DNA from: Mobula birostris
Lineage: Eukaryota
Assembly: GCF_030028105.1 (NCBI RefSeq)
Contig: NC_092380.1
Location: 12,117,123-12,181,122 of the forward strand
Direction of reading: 5' to 3'
Length of the DNA stretch: 64,000 nt
Shown here: one piece after another, positions 27,480 through 38,602 of the stretch
How the letters are laid out: every line of letters starts with the position of its first letter
How positions within the stretch are numbered: the first letter of the stretch is position 1
Notes under the pieces: generated by a model
Seen by the model: only the letters and a program-made list of their open reading frames with translations
Told to the model about the DNA's origin: nothing
The model's database searches: none
Translations under genes and position numbers: made by a program

Positions 27480-28400
27480 TGGGAAATTTCAGAATTCAAA
27501 GGATGACAAAATACACAAAAGGAACAGAAGAGAAGAAATATTATAATCGTATTAAAGTTCGAACAGATCAGTAAAAAGCAAAAAACCCAGTAAGACAAAT
27601 AGATTTAGACAGGAGAAAATATATTGAAAAATAAGAAAAAGGAAGACAAATTAAAACCACTTTGCCTCTGCTTTCAAAAATGATAAAGAAAATCTCTTGT
27701 ATGTAGAGGACAACTTGAGTAGAGTCAATGGGAAGCTGAAAGTAATTAACAATAGTTTAATAAAGTACCAGTGAAACAATTCAGACTGCAAAAAGTTTCT
27801 AGGAGTTGACGATCCAAAGATTGTGAAGATTGTGACAGTGGAGACAATGGAGCCAGTAGATGGACTGAACATCATCTTCCAGAATTCTATAGATTCAGAA
27901 ACAATTCCTACAGATTGCATGATAGCAAATGTAACCAATTATTTAATGAAGTAAGGCAGGTGCAATGGGGAAGATGCTACAAACTATTGTGAAATGGTCA
28001 CAAACAAGAGAAAATCTAGATTGCTGGAAATCAAGGTAATGCTGCAGAAACTCAGCAGGCCAGGCAGCATCTGAAAAAGAATAAACGATTGACATTTCAG
28101 GCCAAGACTCTTCATCAGCACCGCCGAGTTCCTTCAACATTTTGTGTGTATTATTGAAATGGTAGCAGGATTAATAAGACAGGGCACAGTTAACATGCTT
28201 TTATGAAAGAAAATCATGGACAAACCAGTGCACGTGGCACGCTTTCAGAGGTTATTGATAAATTGGCACAGATTTTATTGAACAAAATTAGAGCAGATGG
28301 GGGAAAATTGGTGTGGAGTGAGGATTGGTTAACAGATTTTAAAAAAATAGGAATTAACAGATTATTTTTTGGATTTGTCAACTACCAATTTAATTGAATG
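27480..28400 (+). mobile_element. Highly degraded CR1 ORF2 fragment
   Basis: DWMIANVT.LF and W.EDWLTD..Q..GIN-like remnants; interrupted by the repeat at 28000-28150. Confidence 0.6.
28000..28150 (-). repeat. Penelope pLTR-derived repeat retaining the hammerhead core CTGATGA...GAAA
   Basis: Minus strand reads gtgCTGATGAagagtcttggcctGAAAtgTC at 28091-28121. Confidence 0.8.
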
Positions 28401-29799
28401 CACAGAGCTGTAAATCACAGTGGCTAGATGGGTTATCAATAGTTTGGGACATTGAAACATGTTTCACACATTAAAGAACAAAATATTTACTGACAACATC
28501 GTGTCAGCCATTTAATTGGAGGTGGGGCAGGCTGCATGACTCACTTTATGCAGCAAAGTGAATTTGCTCTGAAAACAATAGATTTAAGGAGCAGAAGAAG
28601 AAAATATGTACAAGCTTTCCTAATAAAAACAGGGCAACTTTGAGAAAACGCAATGAGTAGGGCATCATTAAACAGAAATTAAGCTTGATCAACAAAGAAA
28701 TTAACAACTATTTCCTAGGTTTACACTGACTTTCAGTATCAGTGTGTTTTGGTGAATTAACTGAACTAATATCTGTTTCTGGTGGCTATTATTTAAGAGA
28801 TTCAGACCAGTGGTGAAAATGAAAAATAAAACAAAATAACAGTCATCCAGAAAAAGTGTTATCCAAACTCTAATATTCCATTAAAATCTGGCATTATAAT
28901 CAAGAGAATCATCAAGAGATCATGCAGAAAAAGATGGAAATCAGAGATCAATTCTCTTTCTCACTCAGTGTCTTGGGGAGGAAGATGATGATGAATTTTC
29001 ACATAAAAGGATACCATTCCCAAACCATATTCATATAAAGCATAGGTAAGTGACCTGCACAGAAAAAAGACGAAACTACTGAGCAGTTTCTTTAATCAGA
29101 TCTCAGAAAACTATACTCCTCCAAAAATAATTTATCCGTAAGTCCATGGTAAAAGTGAAACAGTATTTAGTGATGATATGTATAAACTAATTTTAGCTGA
29201 AATCTCATGCCTAATATTGAGAAAGTTATATAGACCTTATATATAGAAATGCAATAATCGAGCTTTTATGCATCGTTCCTGCATTCATCTTTCCCAGTGT
29301 AATTATTAACTCTCATCTGCAGTCTTCTGTGTTTTTTTAATTAATTTACCAGAGTTGAGATAACTGTTTAGTAAAGTTTGCTCATTACCTATAGAGCTTG
29401 AAGCAACTTTGTTCACATTGGAACTGTTTTCACTTCTGAGGGAAAAAAGTGCGTTAAGAATGGCCCCCTAAAGTGAGCTCAATTTTCATTCCTACTTTAT
29501 TAAGAAATATAGGGGAGGTGCTCATGTTATATTGAGATAATGCCATCAAAAGACGAAGTATCATCTTTAGGCAGCATTATTTCTCCAATATGGTCTTTAT
29601 AAATATTTCCCAGCAATAGAAATCAAAGGAATTAATCCTTTTTACTGCTTTGAACGCTGTATAAAATGGGTGTTGTTGTGATAATTAATTGGCTGTAAAA
29701 TATTTAGTAACATCCAGAATGTAGGCTAAAGCATTATATAAACTGAAACCATCTTTTGTTCCTCATTCTCAAATATTTCACCCAACTACACTATTCTCA

Positions 29800-30115
29800 C
29801 CTTCCACTCCAAAATCTTGCACATCATAACCTGGTATTGAGGCTCCACTGCATAGGACCACAAGAGGCTGCTAAGGTTGCAGATTCGACTAGTTTCATCA
29901 TAGACATCTTCAAGAGATGGCTGCCATCCATCACTGAAGATCCTCACCATCTAGGACATGGCCTATTAATGTTACTACCAACGGGGAGGAGGTACAGGAA
30001 CCTGAAGGCCCATACTCAATATTTTAAGAACAGCTTCTTCCTCTTTGACTTCAGATTTCCGAACAGATCATGAATCCATGGAACACTATCTCACACAAAA
30101 CAAAGTTCATGACAC
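29800..30115 (+). mobile_element. Rex1-type LINE 3' fragment
   Basis: ORF 29756..30073 ends in DPHHLGHGLLMLLPTGRRYRNLKAHTQYFKNSFF. Confidence 0.8.
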
Positions 30116-30116
30116 A

Positions 30117-30640
30117 CAGTACTGTGCAAAAGTCTGAGGCGTGAGGAAGGGGGGTGGCGAGGGGTGAGAAAGCACGCACTAGGGTGCCTAAGACGTTTGC
30201 ACAGTAGTAACTTTATGTATTACATTATACCGCGCTGCAAAAAAAAAAGAAAATTTCATGACATATGTGAGTGATAGTAAACCTGATTCTAATATGGGTC
30301 ACTATTCTGGACTGAGAGTGGGAAGGGGCCAGGGAGAGGGGAATTATGATTAGGAAAAGAGGTGAGGGAGTGGGAAACACCAGCCATTCTGTAATCATCA
30401 ATAAACCAATTGTTTAGAATCAAATTACCTTGTCTGGTGTCTCAGGGCTGGGTGTGTCAACATTCGCACCACCTGACACCCCCCCCCCATTATTCCTTTT
30501 CTGCCACCTTTCCCACACCCCTCCCACAGCACTTCACCCTCGCCATTCCCAATACCCTTTGCTCCTGCCAGGTTTACAAACTTTGCTCACCGCTCCACGT
30601 TGACAAATATATTACTGTACAAAAGTCTTTGGCACTAAAG
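30117..30640. mobile_element. Composite non-autonomous element with three copies of a Tc1-like terminal motif
   Basis: cagtactgtgcaaaagtctgaggc (30117), inverted gtgcctaagacgtttgcacagta (30184-30206) and direct tactgtacaaaagtctttggcac (30612-30634). Confidence 0.6.
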
Positions 30641-33249
30641 CACTGTCAATGATAATAAACACACAAAACTTGTAGGAACAGCAGATCAGGCAGAATCTAG
30701 GGAGAGAAATTAACTGTTGAAGTTTCAAACTGAGACCCTCCAGCATTGTGTGTGTGTGTTGCTTAAGGTTTTCAACATCTGTAGAACCGCATGTTGGATA
30801 TAAACCTGAATCTGATTACCTAATGGAAATATTGCTGGTTGTTAACCCAAGTTTCCCTTGGTCAATAGCAATCCTGATCGTCAGTAGTCCAAAGAGGTGC
30901 AAAGCACAGAGATCCTGCCCTTTGCCACTGGAAAACCCAGTTTCCCTCCGGAATATAAAATGTGATGAACCAGCTTAAGAGTTTCAGCATAGTCTAACCA
31001 GCATGACACAAGTATGCTGACACAAGGCACTGATTTAAAGGCAAAGCTCAAAATAGCAATTTCAGTTTTGGAAAAAAATAGATTTAAATAATTTTTTTTA
31101 CCATTTGCCTTCACTGATCTGTAGGTCTTTAGAGGCAAATTTGAAAACATACACTAACTGAGCTTATGCAATAAGAGAGTGCAATGTGAAGATATTTTGA
31201 GTCTCACTTCTTTTACAGATATTACAAACGAAAGGGCCTTTTAAAGTTGTCTTATTAATGACAATCACAGCAACAACAACAATAATAATAGGGCTTCATT
31301 TCAGAGGTTGAACGAAGAGTACAAATAGCAGGTACTCAATAATGAGTAAAGCAAAAACCTCATTAGCATTAGACAATATAATCAATAGATGGTCATCAGC
31401 TTCTCAGAGTTCATGGCACTTGGGGTGATTTAGCTATTAATCAGCTTAAATTCGCTGACTTGGTTGGTTCTTTGGGAAAGATGAAGAGAGCAGATGGGGA
31501 AGATGAGGAATTCCAAATTGCTTTGTGCTATGCAAGGCACAGCATTTACTCATTAAGGCACAAGGGAGCAAAAGATTTTTGTACAGCAAAAATTCACATC
31601 TTGTCATTTATTTTCATTACAGTGGCTTTCCTAGAGGTGTGCTGCGATGCAGGAAGAGTATGTGTGCACCATATTTTTTTTCCATTCTTTACTATTCATG
31701 CAACTTCTTGACTGCTGAGAGATTAATGGTGACACTTTTCCTGCTCAGGAGTGTTCCAAAATTATTCCATTGGCCAGCTAAGACTTACCCGGACAAGTTT
31801 GAAATTACTTGGCAGTGGTTTTCAACTTAACTGAGGCTATAATTATTTTAAAATTAAAGAAATGTGCTTTAGTATCCTTTCATATTGTTATCAAAGAGAA
31901 AATAAAATATTTGGTGCGTATGGAGTTAACTAAAGAACTCTATCAGTAACACTGAAGAAATTCACAGCATTTGCCAAAGGCAGTCACTAATGAAAAACAC
32001 ATTTCACCATGATTCAAGCAGAACTTTCCACTGCTGCAGTATTCATTTCCAAGAGGTCTGGAGCACCCATTACTAAAATACAAAATCTTCTTCACACAAA
32101 AATTTAATTTGAGATATACTACCTTCTTTGTAACTTAAGTTTTTTCTTCTTTTATTAATGTCAATGTCAGTTTTATCCCAGAATGAATAGTTGAATAACC
32201 TTTCCCTTAGATTTGAGATTTTTTTTTAGTCTTTTATCATGTTATATTTCTTTGTGGGTGGCAGCAGACATAATCTACTTTAAAAACTAAACTACTACAG
32301 TAATCCTATGTTATAATTACTCATTAGGAAGAAAAGATTTTCCTTCAAAAAAAATTGCTTTATACATGTCAAAACAAATACCTTTCCAGAGATCCACAAT
32401 TCCTAATTAATCTACTTTAATAAGAACTCTTGAACTCCACAATAAAAGAATGAAGGAAGACAATTGAAGGAATACATCCACTCCAGTAGAGAGCCTCATA
32501 CTCAGATCTCGATAATGTTCATAGACAAGACCACTACCATCCTTTCCACAAAATATTTATTTGTCAGTTCAAACAAAAACACTAATTCTTCCCTGGAAGC
32601 TACTGTGTTATGCCTTGGTCTCAAGTACAAGGTTATTAAAAAGAGCTTCAGTCACACCTAGACTGAAGCTGCATTAAGCTGTCCATTATGAGGTGCAGTA
32701 GGAGTTTATGGCTTTCATGCCTTCAAACAATTTAACCCAAAAAAATCTGTTTCATTTTTCACAAACACTGAATCATAAAGAGATACCTTTCAAATAGAGT
32801 TGATATCCATTGTCATTAACCAGACTAGAATACAATCTTTCAGACTGTGACAATCCAATATTTTCACCTAAAGGGGTACTCATAAATGAATCTGCATTAA
32901 GAAGAAGGGCAACACTCAATTGGATTGCAATGTCCAAAGTGGCTAATTCCAATATTCTGTCAAACTGGCTGTTGATGTATTCCAGGGCAGGTTGCTGGAT
33001 AATGATCAGGAATGGTTTTGTTGCAGCCAAAAAAATTCAATTAAAGCATTCTGCAGCACCCGGAAAACGAAGGAAACAATGAAGTCAATTCAGCACCCCA
33101 CGAAGGAACAAAGTAGTCAATTTACAGTGCCAGCAAATGCCAGGTAATATTTGGTTAACTGGAAATGTTTGAGAGCACAGGTCAACTATATAGCACATGG
33201 TAACCTCATCAAAGACCAATAATCTTGCAGGGCTGTATGAATTATACAC

Positions 33250-33930
33250 TTAAGAGATTCTGCAGATTTTGGAAATCCATAGTAACACACAAAATGCTGG
33301 TGAAAGTCAGCAGGTTAGGCAGCATCTACGGAAATGAATAAACTGATGATGTTTTGGGCCGAGACACTTCATCAGGACTGGAAAGGAAGTGGTAAGATGC
33401 CAGAATAAAAAGGGAGAGGTAAAGGAGGCAAGCTAGAAGGTGATAGGTGAAGCAAGGTGGGTGGAAAAGGCAAGGGCTGGAGAGGAAAGAGGAGCACTAA
33501 GAGGAAGTAGGCAGGTGAGAAGAGGTAAGAGGCCAGAGTGGGGAATAGAAGAAGATAGGAGGAGAGGAAAAGAAAAGAATACTGAAAGGAGAAATCGATG
33601 TTCATGCCATCAGATTGGAGGCTACTTAGAAGGAATATGAGGGGTTGCTCACATACCCTGAGAGTGGCCTTATTATAGCAGAAGAGGATGCCATGGACCA
33701 ACATCTTGGAACGAGAATGGGGATAGTAATTAAAATGGTTGGTCACCGGCAAATTCTCAATTATTGTGGATAGAACGGAGGTGCTTGACAAAATGATCCC
33801 CAATTTACGTTGGGTTAGGTCTCACCAATGCAGAGTAGGCCACATTGGGAGCACTGGATGCAATAGATGACCCCAACAGATTAGGTGAAGTGTTAGCTCA
33901 CTTGGCCTTGAATGGAGGTGAAGGGGATGC
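33250..33930 (-). mobile_element. Penelope-like element 3' part (GIY-YIG endonuclease plus pLTR)
   Basis: Minus strand encodes GVIYCIQCSQCGLLCIGET and LPVTNHFN..HS...EQPLIFLLSSLQSDGMNIDF. The pLTR contains cagtcCTGATGAagtgtctcggcccaaaac. Confidence 0.88.
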
Positions 33931-34674
33931 ACTTCTTCACCCATTAATTATTCCAGGTTTGCAAAACAATATTTAAGATTTAGCTTCCTTACCCCAGATT
34001 TTCCCCATAGATTGAGAATCACAAGTGGGCTGGAATACTGCTGTATTTTGAAATAAAACTTATGCCACCTTTTTTCTAAGGTCACATTGCTCTGATTCCG
34101 TTCCAATCCTCTCACCTAATTAGCACATGCAATTCAATTATTAAAATATCAAAAATTTTCAAAATAGAGTTTGATTGGCCAGTTAGAAAAATTGATCACC
34201 TCACTTCCAAATACTGCCTTTGCTGCGAGCTCAGCTATCAATAATTTGTTCAAACCAGGAGTCAGAATTAATCATTCTGGATCAAAAAATGCAATCTATT
34301 TTCAAGTTGAATCTATCACTCTTCTATCTTTCTGTGAGTTAGGGGTTTGCTCAACTTATCGATTTAGAACCCCACTCATGGTATTTTCCTGAACAGTATG
34401 AAATGTTAAATTTATCGTAAAGTGATTTTTTTTTCTGATGTAATGAGGTCTAATATTTTAGACTCATTTCTGGATGTTTAATAGTAATAGACAAACAGTG
34501 CTATAATGAACAAGGCAAGTTAAGTATTTCCATGCCCATTTCATACAAAGCCATTGCTATCTTGTCACTCATTTTTGCTACATTTTAGAATACAACTTTG
34601 TGCAGTTAGAGGTACCAAGTAAGTTTTGTGAATTCACCCCATTCAAAATGCCAGACAATCTAATCAGGAATGAG

Positions 34675-34737
34675 TAGGGGTATGATTCTCACTTTGGGTG
34701 CGAGAGGTCTTGGGTTCAAATCCCAGACGAGTCCCCA
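34675..34737 (+). pseudogene. 5'-truncated tRNA-Pro(TGG) retrocopy including the 3' CCA
   Basis: taggggtatgattctcactttgggtgcgagaggtcttgggttcaaatcccagacgagtcccca matches vertebrate tRNA-Pro from nt 13 through CCA with 5 transitions, three at CpG. The first 12 nt are absent, so there is no acceptor stem. Confidence 0.93.
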
Positions 34738-34741
34738 ATTT

Positions 34742-35350
34742 TGTCACGTACCCCGTGACGGGTTAAAGAACCAGCAGAAATGGAAGACACCTTGGAATTT
34801 GGAATTGCTATTAACTAATACTCGTTTATTAGGAACTACACAATACAATAATATATCAGATATATCAAATAGGTTAGCAATGATTATACATATAAGCGTG
34901 GAAATATAAAAACCAAGCTTCTTCAAGTCTAGAGGTAAATGGATACAGTATTACGGTGATGGGTGAAGTTCAGTTCAGTTCATGGTACTGAGTTGAGTTG
35001 TGATGGAGAGGTTGTTGTTGTTTGAGTAAGCTGATGTCGTTGATTCTTCCCGCTGTCCTCCAAAATCCTCTCGAAGTCACCGAATGTGACCACAACAAGG
35101 GGACGTTTTCTGTGGTGAAGTCATCAACCTAGGCGAGGGTTGGACACACTAATAACTTCCCACCAGTCACACCTTCTCCACACTGCAAGAGCCACTGATC
35201 GATCCTCCAAAAGACCACCTGCTGTGGGCACAACAAAGCTCATCCAGTGTCCAAAATCATGTGTCTCTGTGTCTACCAGCTGACCTTCTATTTATCTCAC
35301 CCTGCTGAACACCAGCCAACCATCAAGTAGCTCCTCCCTTCTCTCTCTGT
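34742..35350 (-). mobile_element. LTR (Gypsy/ERV-like), U5 end abutting a tRNA-Pro PBS
   Basis: Minus strand ends ...CGTGACA, then AAAT, then TGGGGACTCGTCTGGGAT (PBS-Pro). AATAAA at 34825-34830 and TATA-like GATAAATAG near 35290. The far boundary is uncertain. Confidence 0.75.
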
Positions 35351-35357
35351 CTCAAAA

Positions 35358-35579
35358 GAACACAAAAAGCTACAGGAACTTGGTGGGTCAGGCAGCATTT
35401 ATAGAGGGAATGGACAGTTGAGATTTTGGGTCAAGACCCCTCAACTGGATGACAGATTAAGGGTCTCAACCTGAAACCTCCAATGTCATTTTCCTCCGTT
35501 GATGCTGCTTGACCTGCTGAATTCCCCCAAGGTCTTGTGTGTTGCTGCAGATTCCACCATCTGTAGTCTTGTGTCTTTA
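35358..35579. repeat. Penelope-derived inverted (foldback) repeat pair
   Basis: Arms ggtcaggcagcat...gggtcaagaccc and gggtctcaacctgaaac...atgctgcttgacc. Possible TSD tgtctcaaaag (35348) / tgtctcaatag (35580). Confidence 0.75.
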
Positions 35580-36879
35580 TGTCTCAATAGCTTGTCAAGC
35601 AGCTTTTTATATTACAGTTTCTTATATACAGAAAAAAAATCAGATAAGTTCCTTTTCCAAAATAAATTGTACTTAAGAACAAGTCTCACCATTAAAAGTT
35701 TGTCCTATGAGCAGTTGAATAATCTCAATTTTGCCCTATATTTAAATTGTGACGGTAGGCTGAATGCTGTTTTAAACAAAGCAAGAGTAGCAGTTTATCA
35801 TTAAGGGGAAAGCTCAGAGTAAATGATAGCCTTGGCTGCAATTTGATCCGAGTACCTCAGCAGCAATATGCAAAATTAAGCTGTGCTACTTGGCCATCTT
35901 TATTTCAGAGGCTTTAAAAGACTAATGATTGTTCCTGGAAGAGTAGAAGCTGCTGGATCCAAATAAAGAAGTGATTACATTTTCTTAGGCAATTAAAGAA
36001 TCAGATCCAAACTATACTTTCAGTAAAATAGAAGGATTTGTTACTGTTCTAAATAGAAAGCAATTTGTGCAGGATTACAATTCTTTCTCCATGCACCTGA
36101 ATTAAAGAGGCCACTAGGTTTACTGGAATGTAACCAAAAAAGCTGATTTCAAAAGGACATACCATCCAAGAATCTTTCCACTCTCCCAATCGGAATCTCT
36201 CTACAAAAGCATTTATGTTTATCTGCTGGATCTCAGCATCCCTGAGGTTCAAGCAGAGATGAATGAAATTGCATTCAGACATGAGTAAGTAGTTCGCGAT
36301 GAATTTTTTCCACTGGGAGTATTAACGCTGCTGTTATACTCATCTATAAGTGATTTTTTGGAAGAATGTACAATAATTATCCAAATATGAAGCAGGCGCT
36401 TTCTGATAAACAAATAGGCTTCAGCCTTTCTTTTAATGTGTCACCATCTTCTCCCTATATCCCCATCTCAACCCACATTTCTCTGCTGCTATCAACTAGA
36501 AAATCAGACCTAGACTGCAGCCATAACTTATAGTCAGCGAGATCATAACCATTCATCTCAGAAGCTGTCAGATCTTTGCACAACTGAGTTTGTAACTTTG
36601 ATTATGAAAAACAGCTTAAACTGTAAAATTCAAATGAGGGACTTTCCGTGTCTATACTGAAGTTTGAAATTCATATCAGATTGCAAAATATAATAACCTC
36701 TCCTTTATCTGTAATTTATCTATCTTGGATTCTCATAACATTGGCAACAATTCCTAATATTAACTGATATATATTTTTCAAAATACAAAATAGGTATGGA
36801 AAGACATCTTTAGTTTAGTTTAAACATATAATTTATAGTTGTAGGTTGAATAGTAGCAACATCTTTTTTAAAGATTTTC

Positions 36880-37035
36880 CCTTGTGTGAAGGGAGATGGG
36901 GGGATGGCTTTGAGGGTTTTGAGGTTTCTATCATTCATTCTATGGGGTTCTTGTTTCATAGATGTCTGTGAAGAGTAAGAATTGCAGGTTGTATATTGCA
37001 TACATTCTCCGATAGTAAAATAAACCTTTGAACCT
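36880..37035 (+). repeat. Retroposon 3' tail, same family as 53600-53900
   Basis: Shares tcattcattct...tgaag.gtaag.att.caggttgtata.tg.atacat with the 53600 copy. Confidence 0.55.
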
Positions 37036-38602
37036 CATGTACTCATGAGTATGATCCATGATTTATTTTTTTGTAGTTTACACTAATAATGCTTAGTTTT
37101 AAAAAAAATTGCAGTATTAATCATTGTTATTTAAAAAGATAAGGAAAAGAAATATAGTTCAGCAATATAAAGTTTCTGAGAAATTCTGATACAACTGGCA
37201 CTCTCTATTCCCCATAGATCCTGGATGACTGATGAATTACTGGTATTAGCAATTGTTCTGACAAAACCATCCAGTAGAAACTTAAAATTCCAGAAATTTG
37301 AAAAGGCCATGTACTGATACTTTTTGAAAAATAATTTATAAATTTAAACTGAATCCACTGTATTTTGTGCTCCTTCCCACTTTTTCTCCACTTCATTTTA
37401 ACATATGAAGCAAATGTTAGAAATGGTATATTTAAAATATGTGAAGCTGTACTTTTAAAGCAAGTCAACACTGGCCATGCCACCCAAGTATAGATCTGAC
37501 CAAAGTTTCAGTTCTGAAATATGACAAATTCAGTTTAGAATTAGTATATTGCTCATGTACCATCCTACCTGTTTAACACAAGGGAAAACAAGAGCAAATT
37601 TATTATTCAAGTGAAGTTGCCAGTACATTTGCAAAAGCAAATGTTCCTAATAGCATCAAAGAAACATTTCTCTGATTTATAACTGAATGAGTTAAAGTTG
37701 CTTTTGAATCAAGGGTTTGAAGGCTCAAGTTCCACCTAAGAGCCCGGAACACAAATAATCAGGGTGACACTCCAATGCAATACTGATTATGCAATACTAT
37801 CAGTATGATACACGGAACTGAAGCCTTAGCTGCACTCAGGTGGAAACAAGAAATCCCATGGCATCATCTAGGAAAAAGATCAGGTGTTGTCCCTGGGGTC
37901 TTGACCAAGCAACCATCAATCATACTTGTGAACAGATTGCCCAGTGTTTATCACATGCTGTTTCTGTCAACTCAAAGCTGACATGTGGAACACAAAATAA
38001 CTGGAGTTTGTAGGAAAAAATAAATGCAACAGATTTTCTTTAAAACAATGATAAAGAAAAGCTACGAGTTCAGCTAATTTAAAACAAAAGATAACTGAAG
38101 ATCGTGTCTTTCAAAGTATCTACCAAAATCTGAGAGTGTAGCTCATTTTGGTTTGTGACCTAGCAGATAAAGGTATTACCTTGTTCTGAATGAAGCTGAA
38201 GACCTGTACGTATTCCATTCCTCAGTTTGTGAAGGAACTTCTACTAGTCAGGCATGCATGGGGCTTCATTGCTCCCAGATTTGGAGCAAAAAGACAGGGG
38301 TGGAAAGTGGTGCATAAAACAAAAATTCAAAAGGGCTCCAACCAGTTGTTTTATTTGGCAACTATCAATTAAATTTCTTGTGTAAAGGTAGAAGATAAAG
38401 AAGATTTTATTAGGCATTATGGTGTGTGTGGCTGGATCACTAGGAAGTTTGCAATGAAGGTATCAAAACTAATCTCCACTCCAACAATGAACCTTCTTAA
38501 AGCAGGCTGGCCCACCTTCCTAACTGTAGGACCAATGATTTGCAAGGAAATTGCATGGGAACTGTAGGGTGGGAGCAGCATCAAATAACATGGTTTTATG
38601 TA

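Noticed and set aside
34675-34742. Functional tRNA-Pro gene with TTTT terminator
   Set aside because: It lacks the first 12 nt (5' acceptor strand and part of the A box), has stem mutations and encodes CCA, so it is a retrocopy.
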